IMG/VR virus record: IMGVR_UViG_3300033153_008361 | Span: 1-64,000 of that record | Origin: a virus | Direction: 5' to 3' (one strand) | Length of the DNA stretch: 64,000 bases | Shown: piece by piece, positions 1 to 11,257 of the stretch | How positions within the stretch are numbered: position 1 is the stretch's first letter | Layout of the letters: every line of letters starts with the position of its first letter | Notes under the pieces: model-generated | What the model was told of the DNA's origin: nothing | Databases searched by the model: none | What the model saw: only the letters and a program-made list of their open reading frames with translations | Program-made: the position numbers and the translations under genes

Positions 1-3254
<3,254 letters not shown>

Positions 3255-3275
3255 GACTTATCCTATGTAACCAAA

Positions 3276-4340
3276 TTAAACGTGTGTAACAAAAACTCTT
3301 GGAAGCACCTTTTCTCCCCAATAGACATTCGTCCCATCGCTGTAAATGTAGTCAATGGAAACCCTGTTGTTTAGGTTATTGTAAGACCAGCCAGCGATGA
3401 CTGCCTCATATGTACCGACTTGCAAATCGCCTTCGTCGGTCCAGCCACCACCATCGTTGGAAATTAGGTGAATGTCTTCGCCTGTATCGATGTAGAAAAT
3501 GTAGCGGTTGGAACCGCTAAGTGCTGCATCCAATAATCCATGGTATTCGTCGCCTACCGTGTCTATAGTGTAATATCCTGCTCCAACATTATTTTCTTTA
3601 ATTTCCTCATCTGAGTAAGCCTCAAAATTCCGATAAACAGTCCCCCCTGATGTCGCTGTCACCTTGCCCAGATTACCTTGCACACCATAGAGACTTTCAG
3701 CCGTCCAAGATGAACCAGTCCAAGATTTATACGCCATCTCAAACGCGCCTACATCAAAATAATACCATGCTTCGATGTAGTCACTGTTTCTCATTGTAAT
3801 AAAGGGACAAACATACCTGTCCGTTTTCGTGCTTCGAGTGCCAATCTGCGTCGGACTTGCCCACGATGCTCCCGTCTTTTCAGTGTAATAAACATTATCT
3901 TGAGAAGAGCCGGTCTGTTTGACGTTATCAACAACTAGGATGTGTGGCTTGTCGTTGGAATCAATGGAAATAGCACAGCCAGGACTGGTTGGTGCATCTT
4001 CGCTGTAGTCGTAGGCTTCTTCATTTATGCCCCACGAAGGAGTCCCAAGAGGATCGGTTACTGTAGTATAAACGACATCATATGTAGCTTCCACAGTGCC
4101 GGAAAGAACGATATGGATTACGTCGTTACTGTCTATTGCAGCATGAAACCAGCCAATATCTCCGGCTCCTACATCAAAGAAAATAGCGGAAGTTCTTGCA
4201 ATAACTTGAACTGGAGTGGTGTCAAGATTCTTATATACGCGAAGGGTCGTAGCATCCGCCATGACAGCCAGTTTTGTTCCGTCAGATGCCTCGAACGTTG
4301 CACCTCCTATATCTAAATTTCCTGCTCGGATTGTAGTCAT
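3276..4340 (-). CDS. Asp-box (BNR-like) beta-propeller structural protein
   Basis: Start moved to ATG 4340 (MTTIRAGN), which has a GGAGG RBS and a TAATG overlap with the upstream stop. Blade-like repeats are present (AAIDSNDVIHIVL, ISIDSNDKPHILVV). Asp-box-like motifs are SNDGGGW, TGASW and TGSSW. Confidence 0.6.
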   Translation of the reverse strand: MTTIRAGNLDIGGATFEASDGTKLAVMADATTLRVYKNLDTTPVQVIARTSAIFFDVGAGDIGWFHAAIDSNDVIHIVLSGTVEATYDVVYTTVTDPLGTPSWGINEEAYDYSEDAPTSPGCAISIDSNDKPHILVVDNVKQTGSSQDNVYYTEKTGASWASPTQIGTRSTKTDRYVCPFITMRNSDYIEAWYYFDVGAFEMAYKSWTGSSWTAESLYGVQGNLGKVTATSGGTVYRNFEAYSDEEIKENNVGAGYYTIDTVGDEYHGLLDAALSGSNRYIFYIDTGEDIHLISNDGGGWTDEGDLQVGTYEAVIAGWSYNNLNNRVSIDYIYSDGTNVYWGEKVLPRVFVTHV

Positions 4341-4855
4341 TATTCCTCCACCCAGTAATGACTGCACTCGGGATGATCGGTTTCCCACTGGTCAAGGCTG
4401 GCTTGTGTTTCAAATTGAACTGGCCCTTCCGGATCACAGAACTTCTTGTACGCGCCATCGTCCTGTGTGCCAATCAGGGCGCATGGTCGGATGTTATTCG
4501 GATCGCCGTCGGTAGGCTCCAAGAAAGGGCACTCCAAGGAATAGCTTGATCCATTATTCTGTGGACTGGTGTCCTTACAGCAGCCTTCGCCCGTAATCCA
4601 GACGTATGGTTTTTTTCTGCCGCCTACGCGATAAAACCCTACACGATTTTCAGGGGCTACTCCAATCTCATCGCCAAGATTACCAAAACCGAACATACCC
4701 AACTGAGGACACAGCTCGTTGACCGCATCATCCAGCGACCAATGCCGAAGAGCTTCCGGCCAATTACGGGGAAATGGATTAGCCTGATTAGGGCTGCCAT
4801 CCGCGCCACAGCATTGCCCACATCGGTTGCAAGTTCCTTGCCGAATAAAAGCCAT
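4340..4855 (-). CDS. Cys-rich CxxCxxCC protein (YkgJ-like putative Zn/Fe-chelating domain)
   Basis: The N-terminal CNRCGQCC matches the C-x2-C-x2-C-C signature of the PF03692-type family. There are further Cys pairs. AGGA lies upstream of the ATG. Confidence 0.6.
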   Translation of the reverse strand: MAFIRQGTCNRCGQCCGADGSPNQANPFPRNWPEALRHWSLDDAVNELCPQLGMFGFGNLGDEIGVAPENRVGFYRVGGRKKPYVWITGEGCCKDTSPQNNGSSYSLECPFLEPTDGDPNNIRPCALIGTQDDGAYKKFCDPEGPVQFETQASLDQWETDHPECSHYWVEE

Positions 4856-4866
4856 GATTATTCCTA

Positions 4867-4906
4867 AGAAAAAGGCCGGACAGTCAGGTTGTACGACTGT
4901 CCAGCC
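4867..4906 (-). terminator. rho-independent terminator
   Basis: The minus strand reads GGCTGGACAGTC-gtacaacct-GACTGTCCGGCC followed by TTTTTC. The stem is 12 bp with one G-U pair. Confidence 0.75.
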
Positions 4907-4933
4907 TCATCACTCGATTTTAAGCGATGCCTG

Positions 4934-5290
4934 TTATTCAAGCAGAAAAACAGTCGCGCCAGAAACAGACAGCCAGAGAACAAGATTCGTAGGATCGGGT
5001 TCAACGAAGCCCACCAGCCAGGATAGGATGATGAGTGACGCTGCAGCCCACGGCGAGAAACATTTGTGACAGTTCAACAACTTAGAGAAGAAGCTGTCAC
5101 CATCTTCATATCCAATTAGCGTTTGGCTACCGGTTTCAATATTAGTCTCGAACTCCGGTGTTAGGCCGACCCATAGCCTTAATTTATGAAATGTGTCAAA
5201 CGGGCCCATAACCGGTTCGGTCATGTAAAACACCAAAAGATAATTGGCCGCTGTTAAGATAAGAACCTGGGCCAGGACATCAAACATCAA
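4934..5290 (-). CDS. small membrane protein (DUF1360-like, tentative)
   Basis: It has hydrophobic N- and C-terminal segments. LLNCHKCFSPWAAA resembles the CxxC..W core I associate with DUF1360. Confidence 0.55.
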   Translation of the reverse strand: MMFDVLAQVLILTAANYLLVFYMTEPVMGPFDTFHKLRLWVGLTPEFETNIETGSQTLIGYEDGDSFFSKLLNCHKCFSPWAAASLIILSWLVGFVEPDPTNLVLWLSVSGATVFLLE

Positions 5291-5579
5291 TAAATGCCTG
5301 CGGCCACTTATCCGTCATCTCTTGCCGATGAGCCTTTTCAATCTTCGCATTTCGGCCAACGATGATCAAGGCCCCTTGTTCCTTAGCAGGCGCTTTCCTG
5401 GAGCTTGCCACGATAATAACATCCTTACCGTTGATAGCTTGGGGAAGCCTGATAGGAAGGGCAAAGAACGGTTTTAAGCCCAACCGCACATGATCATTAG
5501 TCCCGTTAGCCGAATATTCTACGTTCGGTGTATTTGCTGACTTGGCCGTCCTTTTCTTTTTGTTGCAACCACAACCCAT
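5280..5579 (-). CDS. hypothetical protein
   Basis: Start moved to ATG 5579 (MGCGCNKKKR), which has a GAGG RBS just downstream of the capsid-gene hairpin. Confidence 0.55.
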   Translation of the reverse strand: MGCGCNKKKRTAKSANTPNVEYSANGTNDHVRLGLKPFFALPIRLPQAINGKDVIIVASSRKAPAKEQGALIIVGRNAKIEKAHRQEMTDKWPQAFIDV

Positions 5580-5595
5580 ATTAACCTCAACTAAA

Positions 5596-5617
5596 GGGGG
5601 TCGGAAAACCGACCCCC
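5596..5617 (-). terminator. terminator-like hairpin after the capsid gene
   Basis: GGGGGTCGG-aaaa-CCGACCCCC is a 9-bp stem. Only a short T tract (CTTTAG) follows on the minus strand. Confidence 0.5.
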
Positions 5618-5632
5618 TTACCAATTAATGGT

Positions 5633-7216
5633 CTAGTTTTCGGCTAACTTAACCACCGTCGCACCGACCATGCCACCGCCAGTATCACAATCCACGGCGA
5701 CAGCAAAGTCAAGGGTAAGTACATCAGTGCCGGTGTTATAACCAACCACCGTACCGATGAGGACAGTCACCCCATCTGAACCATAGACAGCGTAGGTATC
5801 ATCAGCGGCAACCGCGCCATAATCTTCCAGCGCGGCCACGGTCAGGTCCAGCGTATCCGCATCAACAACGCCGCAAACAGTAACCGCAACACCCTCATCA
5901 TGATAGACACGCTCGGGGACAAGCCCGTTACAGTCAACATAAGTGATGTCGAGCCACAGATGCCACGCGGAGAGGACTATTACACTCTCAGAGTTGATCC
6001 AGTAGTCGATACAGTTGCCGTTCTTCTGAACATTGATCGAGAAGGCCCGGACCGGGAAGGGATACTCATCATCAACCTCATCGGTTGGATAAAGAGTGTT
6101 CTCATCCGGTAACGCGCCACCCTCAGCGCCGTAGTACGGCATTTCACCGTTCAGAATCGCAACTTGCTCAGCCTGATCGCGGAAAACCCAAGCGATTGAA
6201 GGAGCGCCACCGATCAGTTTGGGGACCAAAATCATTCGGTCGCCTAGCTCGGGGCTAGTCCGTATCACAATGGGAATTTCGTCATAGGGGTAAAGCCAGA
6301 TGACTTTGTTCTTGCGGAAGCTGGCCGAACGATCCCGGATAAGGGGGTCACTCATCGGATTCACACAACCATCACAGGGCTGCATACAAGCGGCCAACTC
6401 TGCGATACAAGTTGTTTGGCCTCGGCCAACCCACAACTCAAACATGATGTCGGCATTGGAATATCCAGCCAAGTCATGCTCCATCAGACGTTCCATCCAA
6501 AGAACCAGGAAGTCAACCAAGTTCTTGCCTTCCAAGCCATCGAAATCCTCACCACGGATGGTAAGAATATCGTGCGCGGCATCAATGACCGCTTCTGGTG
6601 CGGTCGGGGTTGTGGCCCCTGCACCAGTCTGAACACCCCAATCCAACCGGACTGGCTCGTACAGTTCACAGCCATCGCCAGATGAAACAGGACCGGCGTC
6701 AAACTGAGTCAGGATACCGGCAAACGAATTTGCCCCTGCCTGAGTACCGTTCCATGCTTCGCTCCGAAGTTTCTGCATGTAACGTTTCCGCAGGTCCGCA
6801 AAGATATATTCCAGGAACTGATCGGAAAGCATTTCGCCTTCCCGGAATGACCCGTCTGAATTGAACAGAGTCGGGAACTTGAAAATTCGTTTGGCCTTGC
6901 AGAACTTGGTCAAGAACTGCATGTAATCAACATTGTCAACGCCAGCGGCGATCCGGTCCTGGTTGGGAATAACGATGGTGCATTCCAGGGTTTCACTGGA
7001 GAAAACAACGAAATCGCAAGCGCCTTCGGCAGCGGTCTCGCCATAGTTGTCTTCCAATAGAAGTTCCTGGGTATTGCCATCTTCCCAACGACCGAAGTAC
7101 CGGGGAATGTTACCGAGAACATCATCCCCAACATACGGCCGCAAGTCCATGATTGCCAACTCACAAGCGTCTGACCACTTGCCTGCGGGTAGCATGGTTT
7201 CAAATTCGAGTGTCAT
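5633..7216 (-). CDS. major capsid protein candidate
   Basis: This is a 527-aa ORF with a strong AAGGAG RBS. It sits immediately downstream of the prohead protease-scaffold gene and is followed by a hairpin. The call is positional; I recognised no family motif. Confidence 0.55.
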   Translation of the reverse strand: MTLEFETMLPAGKWSDACELAIMDLRPYVGDDVLGNIPRYFGRWEDGNTQELLLEDNYGETAAEGACDFVVFSSETLECTIVIPNQDRIAAGVDNVDYMQFLTKFCKAKRIFKFPTLFNSDGSFREGEMLSDQFLEYIFADLRKRYMQKLRSEAWNGTQAGANSFAGILTQFDAGPVSSGDGCELYEPVRLDWGVQTGAGATTPTAPEAVIDAAHDILTIRGEDFDGLEGKNLVDFLVLWMERLMEHDLAGYSNADIMFELWVGRGQTTCIAELAACMQPCDGCVNPMSDPLIRDRSASFRKNKVIWLYPYDEIPIVIRTSPELGDRMILVPKLIGGAPSIAWVFRDQAEQVAILNGEMPYYGAEGGALPDENTLYPTDEVDDEYPFPVRAFSINVQKNGNCIDYWINSESVIVLSAWHLWLDITYVDCNGLVPERVYHDEGVAVTVCGVVDADTLDLTVAALEDYGAVAADDTYAVYGSDGVTVLIGTVVGYNTGTDVLTLDFAVAVDCDTGGGMVGATVVKLAEN

Positions 7217-7265
7217 AACTTATCTCCTTAAAAAAGTAAGGTCTATTGACCGATAATCTGAACCG

Positions 7266-8462
7266 TTAGCTTTTGTTCTTACGATACATAGTCAAAAAAG
7301 GTGACTTCTTTTTTGGCTTAGCATTTGGCAAAGCTACGGGCGCGGCCTGCGCTACGGTCGGCCGATATGCCGATTTGACAGCCGGTCGAGCGGCCTGCGC
7401 TGGCTGGCTGACCTGTGATCGACCGCTACTCACGAATTTAATCGCGACGGGCAAAGCGGGCGCGGAAAGCAATTCGGCTGCCGGCGGAACCGACTGACCA
7501 TATGCCTCGGCCAATGCTTGCCCAAATCCCGAATGATTGATGAGGGCCATCGCCATGATGTGCATGGCTTCCTCATCCTCAGCCAGTGCAGAGGCAAGTT
7601 CGACAGCTGGGATCTCGATCACCTGCTCGATTTCTTCCTCAATTACTAGCTCATCCTGGACTTCCAATTCTACCGTCACATCAGCAACTTCTTCGGCTGC
7701 TTCAGCGGCAGTTGTTTCGACCTCTTCGGCCGGTGTGCTCTTGCTCATAACTACCTTCCTTTTCTTCTGAACTGGTACGGATACAGAACTACCGCTGTTG
7801 GCAGTTTTTAACATATGAGAGGGGACATAGAGAGCAGATCCAGAAACCGCAAAAGTTCCCGGCCCGCTGGCGATAGCTTCAGCCACATCGCGCCTCATGC
7901 CCTTATGGACCATCCGGTCTACCATTTCTTCGCGGCCGGATTCAGGATCTCCGGGCATGGTTACGATAGACCATTCCAGAACCTCAGAGGTCCCGGCTAC
8001 AATTTCATCTTCTTCCTCGATGATGTTTTCTTCATCCTCGGGGCGGAACATAACATGGACTGAAACCGCATTGTAAAAACCTTCTTGCCACATATCGGCC
8101 ACAACAGAGGTGTCAAACTCTCCTACGGCCGCGCCACCGCCAAAAAGTCCACCACTCATAGCAACAATGGGGATTGTCCTACGGTGGAACTCCAGGTCAT
8201 CCGTTGCCCACAACATGCCATCACGAATGTAGGTGTCGTTGCTTTTGGCAAGCGGAATATTGAAATCGTGCATCCACAGAACCAGGGGGTTTTTATAAAA
8301 ATATTTCAGCCGCATTCCATCGGGTACTAACCGGTATGGCTTTCCTGTCCACCAGTCCCGGTTTCTAGTTGTCTTTCCGCTGTTGATGAGTATCCGGCCA
8401 TCTTCCCGGACGGCCTCATCCATTTGGAAAGTCAGGTTAGGGCGAAAAGTTGGTTTAGGCAT
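7266..8462 (-). CDS. prohead protease (HK97 S78/U35-like) fused to an acidic, Ala-rich scaffold-like C-terminus
   Basis: NPLVLWMHDFNIPLAKS and EWSIVTMPGDPES resemble the conserved His and E-x-S-x-V-x-x-P blocks of HK97-type proteases. The C-terminal half is AEE/VEL-rich. Start placed at ATG 8462 (MPKPTF). Confidence 0.65.
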   Translation of the reverse strand: MPKPTFRPNLTFQMDEAVREDGRILINSGKTTRNRDWWTGKPYRLVPDGMRLKYFYKNPLVLWMHDFNIPLAKSNDTYIRDGMLWATDDLEFHRRTIPIVAMSGGLFGGGAAVGEFDTSVVADMWQEGFYNAVSVHVMFRPEDEENIIEEEDEIVAGTSEVLEWSIVTMPGDPESGREEMVDRMVHKGMRRDVAEAIASGPGTFAVSGSALYVPSHMLKTANSGSSVSVPVQKKRKVVMSKSTPAEEVETTAAEAAEEVADVTVELEVQDELVIEEEIEQVIEIPAVELASALAEDEEAMHIMAMALINHSGFGQALAEAYGQSVPPAAELLSAPALPVAIKFVSSGRSQVSQPAQAARPAVKSAYRPTVAQAAPVALPNAKPKKKSPFLTMYRKNKS

Positions 8463-8473
8463 ATTATCTCGCC

Positions 8474-8944
8474 TTATGCGAAGGTGATGGCTGGCGAAAT
8501 GTAAACGCTGCCATCGCTCTGAACCACGTTCAAATACCAAGTGCCGGCACCGGCCTCACCAATATCGAAGTCGAGTTCCCCGTTTACATCTGTTAGCAAC
8601 TCGAAATAGATGTCGGCCGTATGCTCAATCAGGATGGTGCCTTTGGCGCTAATCGCCACATCACCGTCCGGGGCGGTTGTTGTTGGGGGATTCGGACCGC
8701 CGTTTCCATCAGCCAGCCACGCCACAAGATGTTTGACTTCCTCTAGCGGATTGCCCTCAGCGTCGAATACCTCTAATTCAACCAAGATTGAATCACCGCC
8801 CTCAGCGCCAACCGTGATGTCAATGGTCCAGCCAATTCCCAGCCCTTGCTGAATCTGGGCCAAATTTAACTCGAAAAGAGCATCAATGATGCCCTCTCCG
8901 CCACAATTTCTGATTTCATACTCAGTTGTACTTTGACAGGCCAT
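8474..8944 (-). CDS. hypothetical protein (beta-rich, possible Ig-like or decoration protein)
   Basis: ORF track. GGAGTAGCAC precedes the ATG. It lies within the head module. Confidence 0.6.
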   Translation of the reverse strand: MACQSTTEYEIRNCGGEGIIDALFELNLAQIQQGLGIGWTIDITVGAEGGDSILVELEVFDAEGNPLEEVKHLVAWLADGNGGPNPPTTTAPDGDVAISAKGTILIEHTADIYFELLTDVNGELDFDIGEAGAGTWYLNVVQSDGSVYISPAITFA

Positions 8945-8947
8945 GTG

Positions 8948-9226
8948 CTACTCCTTATCTTCAGATATATATTTTGTATGGATACTTTTCAATCTGGCCG
9001 GGCCAATGCCAGAAACTGCTAACAGTTCCTCATCGGTCGCTTCTGAAACCTGTTGTGGTGTTTTGAAACCACCTTCGGCCAGGACTTGGGCCACATCTTC
9101 ACCATAAACATCTTGGAGCGTCAGGGCCTGCTCGATGGTCGTGACTTCATTCAGCCCCAACCGCGTTTCAAGTTTTTCCACCCGTTTTACTAACTGTGCA
9201 TACTCTTTCGTGGTTACAAACGCCAT
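8948..9226 (-). CDS. small helix-hairpin-helix protein
   Basis: The C-terminal LLAVSGIGPARLKSI is a G-I-G HhH-type motif. It has an AAGGAG RBS. Confidence 0.6.
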   Translation of the reverse strand: MAFVTTKEYAQLVKRVEKLETRLGLNEVTTIEQALTLQDVYGEDVAQVLAEGGFKTPQQVSEATDEELLAVSGIGPARLKSIHTKYISEDKE

Positions 9227-9240
9227 AGACTTCTCCTTAA

Positions 9241-9269
9241 AACAAAAAACGCCACCTAATGGTGGCGCT
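9241..9269 (-). terminator. rho-independent terminator
   Basis: The minus strand reads GCGCCACC-atta-GGTGGCG followed by TTTTTTGTTTT. Confidence 0.8.
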
Positions 9270-9336
9270 CCAATTGACGCTCAAACTCTAATTCAATTGT
9301 GTCCAGTATAAACCGGCTATATTGCCTCTGTCAAAT

Positions 9337-9549
9337 CTATCCAATAAGTGAGGGGGGATCAACAGACATTATTCCCCGAGATGCTGGCCCGACAGACGCT
9401 TGCCGGGTCACTTGAAACCTTCCGTCAATGACTTTGCCCTGAACCAGCTTTTTACATTGGCGACATTGTAACTGGACCTCGCTACCTTCCGTTGCCTGAC
9501 CTCGGATGTGCTTGCAACCAGGACATCGACAATCAATATATATAGGCAT
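9337..9549 (-). CDS. zinc-ribbon protein (Mu Com-like, tentative)
   Basis: Two CxxC pairs, CPGC...CRQC, are spaced as in Com-type zinc ribbons. Confidence 0.5.
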   Translation of the reverse strand: MPIYIDCRCPGCKHIRGQATEGSEVQLQCRQCKKLVQGKVIDGRFQVTRQASVGPASRGIMSVDPPSLIG

Positions 9550-9557
9550 GGCAATCC

Positions 9558-9908
9558 CTATTTCTTTGTCCGTTTTACCGGTCCTGGCTTGGCTTCCATC
9601 AGACTTGCCGGGATCGGGGGACGATGACGCTGGAGTTCAACATCACCATCGCTACGAGCGACATAGGTAACGGTTTCGCTAATCTCTGGTTCGCCACTAA
9701 GGGCCTGAAGGCGACGATCCATCAGGTTCATGTAGACCAACCACTCCCCAACTGAATTTTGGAGCGTTGCTACAGTTCGTTTGAGTTCATCGATCTCGGC
9801 CTCAAGCTCGGGAATGCCCAACTCATCTCGCATCTCATCAACATCAAACGGGATCTCAATTTCCTGGGTCTGTTTAGAGTTCTTGGAAGTCATTTTCATC
9901 CTCAACAT
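9558..9908 (-). CDS. hypothetical coiled-coil protein
   Basis: ORF track. The start is ambiguous among ATGs at 9908, 9899 and 9893, all preceded by GGGGGAG or GAGG. Confidence 0.5.
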   Translation of the reverse strand: MLRMKMTSKNSKQTQEIEIPFDVDEMRDELGIPELEAEIDELKRTVATLQNSVGEWLVYMNLMDRRLQALSGEPEISETVTYVARSDGDVELQRHRPPIPASLMEAKPGPVKRTKK

Positions 9909-10134
9909 TAACTCCCCCGATACTGACAATAGCGAAGGAGTTCTTGAGCCGTCTCACCGGCTTGGGTTTATGGACACGTTTCTTTGCAATCTTCCGGGCA
10001 ACACTTCTCATGATGCGCCCTTCTCTTTCAACCCTCTTTTTGTCAGCCATCATTTGACTAATACGGTGTACCCGAACAAGCCGATCTATGCGCTCTTGTT
10101 CCTTCTCGGCCTTAGATGGCGTCTGCTTGTTCAT
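9874..10134 (-). CDS. hypothetical basic protein
   Basis: ORF track. It is Lys/Arg-rich and overlaps its neighbours as in a coupled operon. Confidence 0.5.
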   Translation of the reverse strand: MNKQTPSKAEKEQERIDRLVRVHRISQMMADKKRVEREGRIMRSVARKIAKKRVHKPKPVRRLKNSFAIVSIGGVNVEDENDFQEL

Positions 10135-10972
10135 AGCACTCCATGTTAATATGATCGCCAGTGTCTTTCTCGAAGATTACCCGTGGACAGGACGCCCGTT
10201 CGATGCAAGTAGGGCAAGACTCCATAGCGGTCCTTATCCATTTGCATTCTATAGTATCCTCAGTCCGCATATATGACCAGTAACACCGGCATTTCATCAA
10301 GCACTCACTGGTAAAGTCCCCTGGATGCCGGGTTAAATTCAAGTTCTCATGTTGGGCCTTCATACGGCCCTGCTCGAAGTTGCTTAGGGCCGTATCAAAG
10401 TATAAGCCGGTCTCCCATGCGATCCACGCCTCTGAGAGGTCGCCTGTCGCAATATTGTCTGCAAAGTCTGAGAGAAAACCGTATTGCCCCAAAAGATAGC
10501 CGTTCAAAAAGTTCCAATCAGCACTAGCCATCCTGTCGAACCCGCCCCGGCCGAAGGTGTATTGAATCACGGCCGAGTCCTGGATAGCCGACCTCATCCG
10601 AGTCTCAAAGATGGTTAGGGTAATGAATCCAAGAAGAAGCAGCGCCAGGATATTAGTCCCCTCATCTTCTTTGGGTTTTTCTTCTTCTTCCAACGGCCAC
10701 GCGGCAAAGTAATCGACCTGCCAATCTGAAATCTGATCCCGCAGCGCGATCATTTCTTCCTCATTCATTTCTTCGCCGGTCTCATCGCGCCGGTAAACCT
10801 TGTCCTCATCGTCCCACCACCAGCCCATAAGGAGATGGCGGATCCCGAGTCGGTCTATGAGATTTTCATACTCTGGTCGTGTTGGCAAAGGGTTTTCAAA
10901 GGGCGGAGAAACCAGTTCCGGGGAAACCGCACCCCCAATCCGGTATTTTCTCGGATCTCGGCCGTGGCTCAT
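10112..10972 (-). CDS. head morphogenesis protein (SPP1 gp7 / Mu F-like, tentative)
   Basis: It sits just after the portal candidate. The C-terminal RHPGDFTSECLMKCRCYW resembles the hPnCRC block of that family. Confidence 0.45.
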   Translation of the reverse strand: MSHGRDPRKYRIGGAVSPELVSPPFENPLPTRPEYENLIDRLGIRHLLMGWWWDDEDKVYRRDETGEEMNEEEMIALRDQISDWQVDYFAAWPLEEEEKPKEDEGTNILALLLLGFITLTIFETRMRSAIQDSAVIQYTFGRGGFDRMASADWNFLNGYLLGQYGFLSDFADNIATGDLSEAWIAWETGLYFDTALSNFEQGRMKAQHENLNLTRHPGDFTSECLMKCRCYWSYMRTEDTIECKWIRTAMESCPTCIERASCPRVIFEKDTGDHINMECYEQADAI

Positions 10973-11257
10973 TTATTCCACCGGGTAATCATCAGGCAAT
11001 CTTTCGACAGACTCCCAGGTAAGACCGTCCCAAGATTGCATACGAAATACAGCAACAATGGTGTCATCGTGTTTCCGAAAATGTACTATTTTTTCTTGTG
11101 GACCACAAGAAGAATGAAAGTGAAGGCGTACATTAATTGGACAATCTAAACTGCCAAGACGCTCCATGTCCACCGGCTCGAAATCCTGCTCAGGAGTCGG
11201 CCGGTAAAATATTTTTGCGTTTTCCCTCTTAATCGTCACCCGGTTCGTCTTCGGCAT
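10973..11257 (-). CDS. hypothetical protein
   Basis: ORF track. Its stop abuts the next start (TAA then ATG). Confidence 0.55.
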   Translation of the reverse strand: MPKTNRVTIKRENAKIFYRPTPEQDFEPVDMERLGSLDCPINVRLHFHSSCGPQEKIVHFRKHDDTIVAVFRMQSWDGLTWESVERLPDDYPVE

